Part shown: piece by piece, positions 50,766-59,913 of the stretch
Layout of the letters: each line of letters begins with the position of its first letter
Position numbering within the stretch: position 1 is the first letter of the stretch
NCBI GenBank assembly: GCA_963783375.1
Contig: CAWANH010000003.1
Location: 96,001 to 160,000 of the forward strand
Direction: 5' to 3'
DNA from: Candidatus Eiseniibacteriota bacterium
GTDB taxonomy: Bacteria > Eisenbacteria > RBG-16-71-46 > JABDJR01
DNA: 64,000 nucleotides
Notes under the pieces: generated by a model
Databases searched by the model: none
What the model saw: only the letters and a program-made list of their open reading frames with translations
Told to the model about the DNA's origin: nothing
Translations under genes and position numbers: made by a program

Positions 50766-52775
50766 CTACCGGAGCTTGGTCATCCGGCGGGTGGCCGTGT
50801 ACTCCGGCGTCTCCAGACGGTAGAAGTATACGCCAGGAGTCACTTCCCGTCCGTCGTCGGTCCGCCCGTTCCAGCCCAGGTCGTACTCCCCGCGCGGAAG
50901 GTTTCCATCGGCCAGGGTCCGTATCCGGCGTCCCTGGACGTCGAACACCGACAGCCGGACGTGCGCGTCGTGGGCCAGGCTGAAGGCGATGCGGGTCCCG
51001 CCGGCCCGGAAGGGATTGGGGTGGTTGGCCCCGAGGATCGTGACCTGGACCAGGGGCGGGTCCCCGACCCCGATCGCGCCGGTCCCGGTCACCGTGGCCG
51101 ACAGGTTCACGGTGAGATCGCTCTGGAGGGTCGCCCCGGCCAGCCCCTGCTGGTCCCGGGTCGAGAACACCAGGGTCGCGGTGTAGGTGGTGTCGGACTC
51201 CCGGGCCGAGCCCGCGTCGTCGAAGGCCACGTCGAAGCTCGCCGCCGTTCCCCCCACGTCCGCCGCGCTGAACCCGCCGGCGATGCTGAAGCGTCCTTCC
51301 CCGCCGGTGATGTTCGCGGCATGGACGTTCAGGAGCGCCTGGAGGGCGTCGTAGCCCAGGTTCACCGTGGAGACCGGCTGGTTGGAGAACGCCCCCTCGT
51401 CATGGGTGCCGAAGTCCACGTTCGCGCTCAGGTTCTGGCTCCCGCCGGTCAAGGACGGCACCGCGTGCCGGAGCACCGTCCCGCTCAGGGGGACGTTCCG
51501 GCCGGGGTGGTCCACGTCGTCGCTGGAGATGACCAGGTTGCCGCCCTTGATCCCGGCCGTGCCGGTGAGCATGGTGACGGTGTGGGCGTTCCCCGCCCCC
51601 GCCGCGGCATGGAAGGTGCCCCCGGGGTTGGTGAACCCGACCGGAGAGATCATGGAGTAGTCGAGGATGTCGGCGGGCGCGGTCGCGGTGTTGTCCACGT
51701 TCAGGGTCTGCTGCGCCGTCGCCCCCACGATCACCGTGCCGAAGGAGAGCGAGGCGTCGGCGCTCACGATGGCCGGGACCTGGAAGTCGCAGCGCACCGG
51801 CAGGTGATCGGAGGCCCGCTGGAGCGCGTCGGCGATGGTCTGCCCCACCGCGCTGTTGGTGGGCGAGTCGTTGATGTTGAGGTTGAAGTGCTGTCCGTCG
51901 TTTCCGTAGGAAATGTAGCTGGAGGAGATCTGATCCAGCTTCTGCCCGTCGGCCAGGGAATAGGTGGGGAGGATGAAGTCGAAACGATCGTCCATCCCCC
52001 CGGTCGAGCCGCCGTCGTTGGGAGTGAGGTATCCGGTCCGGGTGCTCTGGGTGTGAATCGGAGCGTAGGTCGCCGAATTGTGCCACGTGCCCGGCGTGTT
52101 GATCGGGTCCTGCAGCCGGCCGATGTTGTTGGCCTCGGACTCCAGAAGCTTCACGTAGGCCGGCTCGCTCGAGGTGTAGAGGTTCAGGTCCCCCACCACC
52201 ATCATGTTCGTCCCGGCCGGGAAGGAGTTCATCCGGTTCCGGAGACGGGTGGCTTCCTCGAGACGGGTCTGCTGGTCGGCGCTGCTGCTCGAAGCCTTCA
52301 GATGGCAGACGAAGATCACGAGCTCCGCCTCGGAGGAGGAGTACGGCTTGGCCCGGAGGGTGTAGTAGGGAATGCTCCGGGGATAGTTGCCGAGAGTGTC
52401 GCTGGTCACGAAGGTGACGGCCGACGTTCGGTAGTAGAGCCCCGGGTTGAAGCCGGAGGAGGGATCGTTGTAGTAGGGCGCGGCGGCCCATTGGCCCGGC
52501 TCCACCACGTTCAGGACGTTGTTCAGAAAGTTGTTGATCGAGGTCTGGTCCTGGATCTCCTCGACCGCCAGGATGTCGATGTTGGAGATTCCCGTGATCA
52601 CGGTGCGGAAGGCCGGATCGCGGACCGTGTTCTGGTTGTCGTAGTTGAGGCAGTTGTAGGCCACGACCCGCAGGGCCTGAGCCGGCCCCGCGGCCAGGGT
52701 GAGCCCGAGAACGGCGAAGATCAGGGCGGCGCTGCCGGACAGGGCCCGGCGCAGGTGACGGGGGGAACGTCGCAT
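50766..52775 (-). CDS. Secreted endonuclease/exonuclease/phosphatase-family enzyme with Ig-like domains and FlgD-Ig/T9SS-like CTD
   Basis: Signal peptide AQA-LR; VAYN, AVEEI, HLKA, GDLN, RFDFI, SDHLPV; CTD NHPNPF...VFDVQGRRIR...WNG...GVYFYRL...KLR. Confidence 0.85.
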   Translation of the reverse strand: MRRSPRHLRRALSGSAALIFAVLGLTLAAGPAQALRVVAYNCLNYDNQNTVRDPAFRTVITGISNIDILAVEEIQDQTSINNFLNNVLNVVEPGQWAAAPYYNDPSSGFNPGLYYRTSAVTFVTSDTLGNYPRSIPYYTLRAKPYSSSEAELVIFVCHLKASSSSADQQTRLEEATRLRNRMNSFPAGTNMMVVGDLNLYTSSEPAYVKLLESEANNIGRLQDPINTPGTWHNSATYAPIHTQSTRTGYLTPNDGGSTGGMDDRFDFILPTYSLADGQKLDQISSSYISYGNDGQHFNLNINDSPTNSAVGQTIADALQRASDHLPVRCDFQVPAIVSADASLSFGTVIVGATAQQTLNVDNTATAPADILDYSMISPVGFTNPGGTFHAAAGAGNAHTVTMLTGTAGIKGGNLVISSDDVDHPGRNVPLSGTVLRHAVPSLTGGSQNLSANVDFGTHDEGAFSNQPVSTVNLGYDALQALLNVHAANITGGEGRFSIAGGFSAADVGGTAASFDVAFDDAGSARESDTTYTATLVFSTRDQQGLAGATLQSDLTVNLSATVTGTGAIGVGDPPLVQVTILGANHPNPFRAGGTRIAFSLAHDAHVRLSVFDVQGRRIRTLADGNLPRGEYDLGWNGRTDDGREVTPGVYFYRLETPEYTATRRMTKLR

Positions 52776-53004
52776 GTTGTTTCCCTTTTTCTTCCCCACC
52801 CGCTGCCGACGGCCGGCCCTCCACGGTCGAGGAAGGATGCAAATCAAAGGTGTCATCCCTGGTTGACCAAGGTGCTAACTGCTTTAGTTTACACCATTTT
52901 CGGCTCCGTTGGGAGGGTGGACCCCGGCGGCGGGGCCGCCGGGGCCGCTCCGAGGCCTTCCCGAATCCCCGAATCCTAGGAATGCCAGGGGGATAGCCCG
53001 GGGG

Positions 53005-54546
53005 TCAGGGGAGACGTAGCATTTTGACCGATCCCCCGTTTTCCCGCCGCCGGGCGAAGTAGACCCCCGGAGGAGCCTCGGTTCCGGCGGCCAGGCGGCC
53101 GTCCCACAGCCACCCCCCTTCCCCCGATCCCGAGACCAGGACGCGGATCCGTCGCCCCCGGATGTCGAGGATGTCGAGCTTCTCTCCGGGGACGACGTCG
53201 GCTCCGCTCACCCGGACCACGCGCTCGAAGGGGTTCGGCTCGCCGTGAAGCGCGGGGCGGAACCCGCGGTCGCCGACCGCGGTGAGATCCGGGGCCCCCG
53301 TGGAGACGGAGAGGAGGGCGGCCTCCGGAACCGTGGCGCTGTCGCCGTCGGCCACCCGGAGGGCGTAGAGATCGTCGTCGTCTCCCGGGGTGGGGAGCCG
53401 CCAGGCCAGGACCGCGCTCCCGCCGCCGGCGGCCAGGGCGGGGTCGGCGACGTAGTCGAGGGGATCGGTGACGAGGAGCCCTCCCGCCGGATGCGGCACG
53501 CCCCCCATGTCGAGCCAGGCCCGCCGGAGCGCCCGGCCCGCCGGCCCCTGCTCCATCCACGCCAGGTGCGCGCCGGCCGGGGCGGCGGCCAGGCGCGGCT
53601 CGTACTCGAACGCGCTCGAAGCCGCAATGGAGAACGGTCCGGAGGTCCCGGGGCTGCCCGCCGGATCGGTGAACCGGCCCACCAGGTCGCTTCCCCCGTT
53701 CCCCGGCGCCCGCCACACCACCAGAAACCCCCCACCGAGGGGGGCCACGTCCGGATTCGGCCCTCCGGGGGTGGGATCCGAAACGGCGCGCGGGGGGCCG
53801 GCCGGTTCGCCCCCGGGGTCGAGGGGTAGGGCGGTCACCGTGTAGTTCACCCCGTCGGGCGCGGAGGACCAGACGGCGAGGAACCCGTCATCGCCGGCGG
53901 CGATCCTCACCCAGCGCTGGTCGGCGGGACCGGCGGCCAGGGCGAGTCCCCCCGGATCGCGGAGACCGGGACCGTGGTCCCATCGGGCGAAATAGAGATC
54001 GCCGGGCGCATTCCGCTCATCCTCCCAGGCCAGGATTCCGACTTCCCCGCGCACCGCCGCCGCGGGACGCCATACCGGCCCGGAGCCGGTGGTTACCTCC
54101 GTTCCCTCCACCTCCCTCGGAACTCCGGTCGGGGGGAGCTCCGCCGCGATGAGACGGGTGCCGGTTCCGGTCCAGGACTCCCACGCGGCCAGGGACCAGT
54201 CGCTTCCGGCGGCGACCGCGGGGTGGAGTTCGCCCGCCGAAGCCTGGGTGGCGCGAGCACCGAGGCGGTCCGGAAGCGTCGCCCCCAGACGCGTCCACCA
54301 GAGCCGCGTCCCCCCGTCGCGGGTGTCGGACCAGAGGGCGTAGGTCGTCCCCCCCGCCGCGGCCAGGGCGGGCTGGGATTGGAGACCGGGCGGAGGTTCC
54401 GGATCGGGGGCGGCGGCGGCGCTTCGCCACGGGCTCCGGTGCGCGGCGGCCGAGGCCTCGCCGGCGTATTCGCGCGGCCAGAGCAACGAGGCGGCCCCAA
54501 CGAGGCCGGTCAGGATGCCGAGGGTGAACAGGATCAGTCGTTTCAC
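53005..54546 (-). CDS. Secreted repeat protein with FlgD-Ig/T9SS-like CTD
   Basis: Signal/TM segment; repeats PxxAxxxxxxLxxWxD (propeller-like); CTD PNPF...LDIRGRRIR...WDG...GVYFAR. Confidence 0.7.
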   Translation of the reverse strand: MKRLILFTLGILTGLVGAASLLWPREYAGEASAAAHRSPWRSAAAAPDPEPPPGLQSQPALAAAGGTTYALWSDTRDGGTRLWWTRLGATLPDRLGARATQASAGELHPAVAAGSDWSLAAWESWTGTGTRLIAAELPPTGVPREVEGTEVTTGSGPVWRPAAAVRGEVGILAWEDERNAPGDLYFARWDHGPGLRDPGGLALAAGPADQRWVRIAAGDDGFLAVWSSAPDGVNYTVTALPLDPGGEPAGPPRAVSDPTPGGPNPDVAPLGGGFLVVWRAPGNGGSDLVGRFTDPAGSPGTSGPFSIAASSAFEYEPRLAAAPAGAHLAWMEQGPAGRALRRAWLDMGGVPHPAGGLLVTDPLDYVADPALAAGGGSAVLAWRLPTPGDDDDLYALRVADGDSATVPEAALLSVSTGAPDLTAVGDRGFRPALHGEPNPFERVVRVSGADVVPGEKLDILDIRGRRIRVLVSGSGEGGWLWDGRLAAGTEAPPGVYFARRRENGGSVKMLRLP

Positions 54547-54715
54547 GATTCACGCTCCCCGGACGGGGCGATAAGCCGGAGGGAGCGCGGCGCGGCGGCC
54601 GGGGGGGTCGGCGACGGGAGGGCGGCGCGCGCGGGCGAAGCTCAGGGGCGGGGCGGTTCGAGGACCGGCTCCACCGCTTGCCCCGGCACCCATGGTACTA
54701 CCCGGGGAAACAGAA

Positions 54716-55375
54716 TCAAAGTGCAGCCGCCACCGCGGCGGTGAAGGCGGCGAGCCGGGTTTCATCCAGGCGTCCGCCGGTTCGAACCCCCGAGCAGACG
54801 TCGACCCCGAAGGGCCGGACCCGGCCGATCGCTTCCCCCACGTTCTCCGGGGTGAGTCCGCCGGCCAGGAACACCGGCGCCGCCACCGCCCGGCAGAGCC
54901 GCCGGCTCACCTCCCAGTCGTGGGTGCGTCCGGTCCCTCCCAGCTCCTTTCGCGCGGAATCGGGGGTTCCGGAATCGAGCAGGATCCCGTGCACGTGAGA
55001 GGCCGCCGCCGAGGCCTCGACAATCGATTCCTCCCCCCGAGCGTGAATCACCTGGACGATCCGAACCCCGGGGAGCCGCTCCCGGAGCGCCCGATGGGCT
55101 CCGGGCTCCAGGCGGTCGCAGAGCTGGACGGTGTCCGTGCGGCAGCGGCGCGCCTGGTCGGCGATTCCCTCCACGTCGCGGAGGCTGGTGAGGAGGAAGG
55201 TCGCCACCGCGGGAGGAACGGTGTCGGCAATGGCCGCGATCTCGGTCTCGGAGATCACCCCGGGACCGCTGGGCATTTCCGAGACCAGCCCCAGGGCCGA
55301 AGCCCCGTGGGCCACGGCCAGGCGCGCCTCCTCCCGGCTCATGATGCAGCAGATCTTGATCCGGGGGCGGTTCAT
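54716..55375 (-). CDS. trpF: Phosphoribosylanthranilate isomerase
   Basis: RIKICCI, VQL, LLDS, GGTGRTHDW, FLAGGLTPENV, GVDVCSGV; ATGA overlap with the upstream gene. Confidence 0.85.
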   Translation of the reverse strand: MNRPRIKICCIMSREEARLAVAHGASALGLVSEMPSGPGVISETEIAAIADTVPPAVATFLLTSLRDVEGIADQARRCRTDTVQLCDRLEPGAHRALRERLPGVRIVQVIHARGEESIVEASAAASHVHGILLDSGTPDSARKELGGTGRTHDWEVSRRLCRAVAAPVFLAGGLTPENVGEAIGRVRPFGVDVCSGVRTGGRLDETRLAAFTAAVAAAL

Positions 55376-56556
55376 CGGTGGACGCGCCCGAGGCGGGCGG
55401 TGGCCCGGGCCAGCCCCGCCGCGAACTCGTCGGGCGGGGTGAGAAGGCTCAGCACCAGCACGTTCTCCTCCTCGACGTCGTAGAAGTAGCCGGGGTGGAC
55501 GACCACGTTCTCCTCCTCGAGCAGGAGCCGCGCCGCGGTTTCGTCGCCGATCCCCTCGGGAAGGACGACCAGGCCGTACCATCCCCCCTCCCGCGGGAGA
55601 ACGCTCCCGCCGCGGAGGGCGGGCCAGCCTTCCCGAAGCACGGCTTCGTTCGCCTCCACCCGTTCCCGGATCATGGCCTGGATGCCTTCGCGGAGCGCGA
55701 GGAGCGCCGGCGCGGCGTGCTGGACCGGTCCCGAGACCGAAAGATACGTGTCGGCGATGAACTCCAGGCGCTGGATGGCGCGGGCGACCAGCGCCTCCGG
55801 GCCGCTCACCTGGATCCACCCCAGCTTGACCTGGGGGAGCCCCACCACCTTGGAGAGCCCGCTCAGGACGAAGGTGAGGGCGACGGGATTGCCCGCCGTG
55901 GTCTCGACGGGCACATCGAAGGACCGGGCGCGGTAGTCGAGGAACACCTCGTCCACCACCAGCGCGACCCCGTTTCCCGCGCACAGCCGGTTCAGCTCGG
56001 CCAGGTCGTGGCGGCGGAGGTAGGAGCCGGTGGGGTTGTTGGGGCTCACCGCCACCACCGCCCGGGTGCGATCGATGATCGAGGCGCACAGGTGATCCAG
56101 GTCGATCCGCCAGCCCTCCCCGGCGCGGCGGCGGAGCGGGTACTGGACCGGCTTCAGGCCTTCCAGCCCGGCCAGGAGCTCGAACAGGGGATAGCTCGGC
56201 CGGGGAACCAGGATCTCGTCCCCGGGATCGGCCAGGAGCTTGAACACGAAGGCGTAGGCTTCGCTGGTGCTCGCGGTGAGGAAGATGGTGTCGGGGTCCA
56301 CGCGCCGCCCGAGGCTCCGGTAGTAGCCGGCTACCCCCTCGCGGGCGGCGCGAAGCCCGCGCGGCGAGGGTTCGTAGGCCAGCCCCCCCAGGTCGGCCAG
56401 CGCGGCCAGGATCTCCGGCTCGGGGTAGTCGAAACCGGCCCGGGTGGGGTTGGTTCCGGTGAGGTCGAGGATCCCGGTCCCGGCCAAGCGGTGGGCGTCG
56501 AGCACTTCGCTCAACGCCTCGGGGGTCAGATCGTGACTGAACCGCGATGAGAACAT
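55372..56556 (-). CDS. PLP-dependent aminotransferase class I/II
   Basis: PSYPLF, SPNNPTG, VDEVF, SGLSKVVGLPQVKLGW. Confidence 0.88.
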   Translation of the reverse strand: MFSSRFSHDLTPEALSEVLDAHRLAGTGILDLTGTNPTRAGFDYPEPEILAALADLGGLAYEPSPRGLRAAREGVAGYYRSLGRRVDPDTIFLTASTSEAYAFVFKLLADPGDEILVPRPSYPLFELLAGLEGLKPVQYPLRRRAGEGWRIDLDHLCASIIDRTRAVVAVSPNNPTGSYLRRHDLAELNRLCAGNGVALVVDEVFLDYRARSFDVPVETTAGNPVALTFVLSGLSKVVGLPQVKLGWIQVSGPEALVARAIQRLEFIADTYLSVSGPVQHAAPALLALREGIQAMIRERVEANEAVLREGWPALRGGSVLPREGGWYGLVVLPEGIGDETAARLLLEEENVVVHPGYFYDVEEENVLVLSLLTPPDEFAAGLARATARLGRVHR

Positions 56557-56620
56557 GGGTCTGCTGGATCCTTCCCCGGCCGCAGCCCCACCGGATCGAA
56601 TGATCCGGAGGGTCCAGACC

Positions 56621-57697
56621 CTACTCGGCTCCGGCGGTCAACGCCTCCCGGAGGGACTCCATCGCCCGCCCCCAGTACTCCTTCATGCGCTCGGCCTCGG
56701 CTTCGTCGGCGAGCTTCATGTGCTGGACCGTAACCTGGGACTTCCGGTGGCCCTTGGGGTAGAAGTCCACGCTCAACCGCGTCAGCCCGTCCTTCCAGAG
56801 GATCCGCATCGACTTGGGCTCGGTGACCGTGGTGAGGGTGATTCCGGGCTCGCCGAGCCACCGGTCGCGGACCGAGGCGTCGTTCCAGGCCGCGAAAAGG
56901 CGTTCCACCGGCACGTCCAGGGTAAGGCTCCGGCTGATCGAGAACCCCTCGGCGGTCTCGTGTTTCTTCCGGAGTCCCCGCGCCTGCTCGTAGCCCACGG
57001 TGACCATCTGGGACCACCATCCGGTGAGGCCGTGGGTCTCGGCGAGGTGGCGCGCCATCTCCCGGTGGCCGATCTCCGGGGCGCCGGCCCCTTCCAGGAT
57101 CTCGAACCACTGATTCCAGCCCTTGCCGGTGGCGCTTAGGACCGCTTCCTCGCCGATTCCCGCCACCCTGGGCTCGTCACGGACTTCGGGGGAGACGGGT
57201 GCGGCCGCCCCGGCGGTGGTTTCGGGCGGAGGCGGCGTGAGCACCGGTTCGGCGAAACGGGGCCGCTTGGATTCGTTCCGGGCGGTGGAGATCACGGGTT
57301 CGGCGAGGCCGGTCGGGGGCGACGGATGGGACGGGCCCGGCGCCTTGCCGGACTTTCGCCGGGCCACCTCTTTCCCCGTCGTCCTCTTCCGGGTCGCTTG
57401 TTTCTTGGCGGCAGGCTTCTTCTTCGCCGCCCCTTTCCCGGCGGTCTTCTTCTTGGCGGTCTTCTTTCGGGCGGCGGGTTTCCTGGCCCCGGCCTTCTTC
57501 TTCGAGGCCTTCTTCCTGGCCGGCGTTCGCTTCGCCGCTTTCTTCTTGGTGGTCTTCTTCTTGGCCGCCTTCTTCTTGGCTGTCTTCTTCTTGCCCGCTT
57601 GCTTCTTGGTCACTTTCTTCTTCGCGGGCTTCTTCTTGCCGGCCGTCTTCCGGGCCGTCTTCTTCTTCGATTTCTTCGTGGTCTTGTTGGCCATCAT
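56621..57697 (-). CDS. Histone H1-like Lys/Ala-rich N-terminus fused to DUF4287-like and SRPBCC-like domains
   Basis: About 110 aa of KK(K)xA repeats; ATGKGWNQWF...WWSQMVTVGYEQARG; VPVERLFAAW...VTVQH...YW. Confidence 0.75.
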   Translation of the reverse strand: MMANKTTKKSKKKTARKTAGKKKPAKKKVTKKQAGKKKTAKKKAAKKKTTKKKAAKRTPARKKASKKKAGARKPAARKKTAKKKTAGKGAAKKKPAAKKQATRKRTTGKEVARRKSGKAPGPSHPSPPTGLAEPVISTARNESKRPRFAEPVLTPPPPETTAGAAAPVSPEVRDEPRVAGIGEEAVLSATGKGWNQWFEILEGAGAPEIGHREMARHLAETHGLTGWWSQMVTVGYEQARGLRKKHETAEGFSISRSLTLDVPVERLFAAWNDASVRDRWLGEPGITLTTVTEPKSMRILWKDGLTRLSVDFYPKGHRKSQVTVQHMKLADEAEAERMKEYWGRAMESLREALTAGAE

Positions 57698-57929
57698 CCG
57701 TCCTCGCCGGGAGCCCTGCGGCCGGGACGCTCCCGAACCGGTGAAACCTCACCCCGTCGCGACGTTTACAAGACTACCCTCACACCCCGTTCTTGTGAAA
57801 CCACCCTCGGGGGCGGAGCGCGGGAAGCCCGTCCGTGACGGGAGACCGGGGGGCGGCCGTCAGGGCCGGCCTGCCCCCGAGGGAGCGCCGAGCGAGGGGC
57901 ACCGGCTCCAGGCCGCGCGCCGCCCCGGA

Positions 57930-58853
57930 TCAGGGGAGCGCGCTCCGGCCGGCGAAGGAGCGGAGCAGTTTCAGCGCCTCGGGAGAGAGTCCCAGGCTGT
58001 CGTCGATTGCGTCGAGCTCGGACCGGCTCCCGTTTCCCCCCACGAACCCGTTCACCCGGGCCGCCGCGGTCGAGGCGGCGAAGTCCCGTTCGTCGGGATA
58101 CATGGCGTGGAACTCCCGCATGAGCCCCTTCACCTGGCGGAGCCAGTATTTCTGATGGTAGTCCTCGGCGGGGGTGAACCCTCCGGCGGCACGGATCTCG
58201 GTCCGCACCGTCTTCCCCAGCCGCCGGGCGATCTCGTCCCGCGTCTCCTCGGCCAGGCGCTTCTGCTTCTCATCGTGGTAGAAGACCGCCGCCTTGTATT
58301 GCTTGCTCCACGAACGCGCGGTCGGGTCGTGGCCGGCCCAGAAGACCTTCAGGAGTTCACGGTAGGAGATCCGCGACGGGTCGTACTCGATCTCGATCGA
58401 TTCCGAGTTGTCGCCCAGGCTGTGATAGGTCGGGTGCGCCTTGGTTCCCCCCGTGTAGCCCACGGTGGTGCGAACGACGCCGGGGAGACTCCCGAACCGG
58501 GAGTCGGGTCCCCAGAATCACCCCATGGCGAAGGTGGCCAGCTCCGTGCGCGCGGGAACCGCCCGGTCGATGGGCGGAAGCCCGGAGGCGCGGGCGCCTG
58601 GCCCCGCGGTCGTCGCATCCTGGATCGAGGTCATGGATGCCTGCTCCTTCGCTCCGTCGGGAGACGCGCAAGCCGCCCCCGGCGAGGCGCCGGCGAGGAG
58701 GCCTCGGGGGACCGCGCACGCCGTCCCGGACTCCGTGGCGTCGGCGCTTTCGGCCGGAGCGGGCTTCCGGCCCCAAAGGCCGAGAACCCCCACCGGCAGA
58801 AGAACGACGGCCAGGGTCGCCGCAAAGATCCGTCCACGAGTGCGATTGTACAT
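57930..58853 (-). CDS. msrA: Selenocysteine-containing peptide methionine sulfoxide reductase A with N-terminal hydrophobic segment
   Basis: ORFs 58518..58853 and 57930..58463 are in the same frame. Read-through gives ATFAMG-U(TGA 58518-58520)-FWGPDSRFG..VGYTGG..PTY..E..YDP..AEDYHQKY. Possible alternative start at MTSIQ (AAGGAG RBS). Confidence 0.88.
58482..58513 (-). promoter_or_regulatory. Bacterial SECIS-like hairpin
   Basis: After the TGA: GGGGA-CCC-GACTCCC-GGTTC-GGGAGTC-TCCCC; the G-initiated apical loop begins 19 nt after the UGA. Confidence 0.75.
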
Positions 58854-58902
58854 GAGGGCGCTCCTTCCCCGTCCGCGAACCCTGCGATGGAAATACCCCG
58901 GC

Positions 58903-59250
58903 CTATTCCGGACCTTCCCAGCCGACCCGCTCCAGGTCGACCCGACCCGAGGCGTCGAACCGGATCCCCTCCCGCTCCAGGATCTTCCGCTGGACCAGGC
59001 CGCCGTCGCCGGCGCCCCGGGGGCTCACCCGCCCCTGGGAGTTGATCACTCTCTGCCAAGGTACGTCGGAATCGCTCGGGAGTGACGCCATGGCGTAGCC
59101 CACCATGCGGGGGGTGCACCCCACGATGCGGGCGATCTGGCCGTAGGAAGCCACCTTGCCCCTGGGGATCAATCGCGCCACCGCGCGAATGCGCTCGTGG
59201 ATCGGGACCGCGACGGCCGGCTTCCGCCGGCGTTCAGCTCGCCGCGGCAT
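58903..59250 (-). CDS. Alkyltransferase-like protein (MGMT family, Trp in place of catalytic Cys)
   Basis: IPRGKVASYGQIA, RMVG, PWQRV, LEREG; start uncertain. Confidence 0.85.
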   Translation of the reverse strand: MPRRAERRRKPAVAVPIHERIRAVARLIPRGKVASYGQIARIVGCTPRMVGYAMASLPSDSDVPWQRVINSQGRVSPRGAGDGGLVQRKILEREGIRFDASGRVDLERVGWEGPE

Positions 59251-59334
59251 CGAGGCTCACCACCGGTTGGTCTCCCGTGATCCCGGCGCCGTGAAGGGTG
59301 ACCTCGAACGCGGGGACCGCCCGTGTACGCGCGC

Positions 59335-59844
59335 TCAGTACGCCGGGGCCTCCATCCCGAACTGCTCCCACTCCTCCTTGGATGGGCCGAACACCCCCGG
59401 CACCCGGGCTCCGGCCTGGCGGAGAAGCACGGTCATCTGCCCACGATGATGGATCTCGTGGTGGATGAAGGCGAGCAGGGTGGTTCCGCGGGGCCACCGC
59501 TGTCCGTACATGTCGTCGGTCTCGAGGAGGGTCGCGTCGGTCCACGCCCCCCGGATCGCGCCCATGAGCTCCCGGCTGGCTTCGTGGTATCCCTGCCGGA
59601 TGGCGGCGGCGGTGGCCGGCGGCGGGGAATGGGGATCCACCGACGAGATCGCGAGCCCGGTCCGGCTCATCATCTCGGGGATCGTGGCCACCAGGTGCCA
59701 GCCCAGCTGCCCGAGGGTGCGGTGCTCGTCGGTGACCGCCCGGCCCAGGTTTTCGTCGGTCAGGGCGGCCAGCACCCGCTCCGTTCCCGACGTGAGGATC
59801 TCGTAGGACTGCATGAAGTCGTCGATGGATCGGAACACGATCAT
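59335..59844 (-). CDS. DinB/YfiT family protein
   Basis: RTLGQLGWHL, HEIHHRGQMTVLLRQAG..VPGVFGP. Confidence 0.88.
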   Translation of the reverse strand: MIVFRSIDDFMQSYEILTSGTERVLAALTDENLGRAVTDEHRTLGQLGWHLVATIPEMMSRTGLAISSVDPHSPPPATAAAIRQGYHEASRELMGAIRGAWTDATLLETDDMYGQRWPRGTTLLAFIHHEIHHRGQMTVLLRQAGARVPGVFGPSKEEWEQFGMEAPAY

Positions 59845-59913
59845 CCTCCAGCCTGACGCCGCCGGGAAACCGGCGCTCTCCGGCGGCGCCCGAACAGTGG
59901 ACCGGGGAACGTA

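Noticed and set aside
57400-57690. Periodic ttcttctt repeats as a possible CRISPR or DNA repeat array
   Set aside because: Explained by Lys codons of the histone-like tail; no constant repeat with unique spacers.
11938-57770. Recurrent TGTAAAC upstream of three minus-strand genes (~11940, ~52890, ~57767)
   Set aside because: Most simply -10-like elements; distances vary and three hits are too few to claim a regulon.
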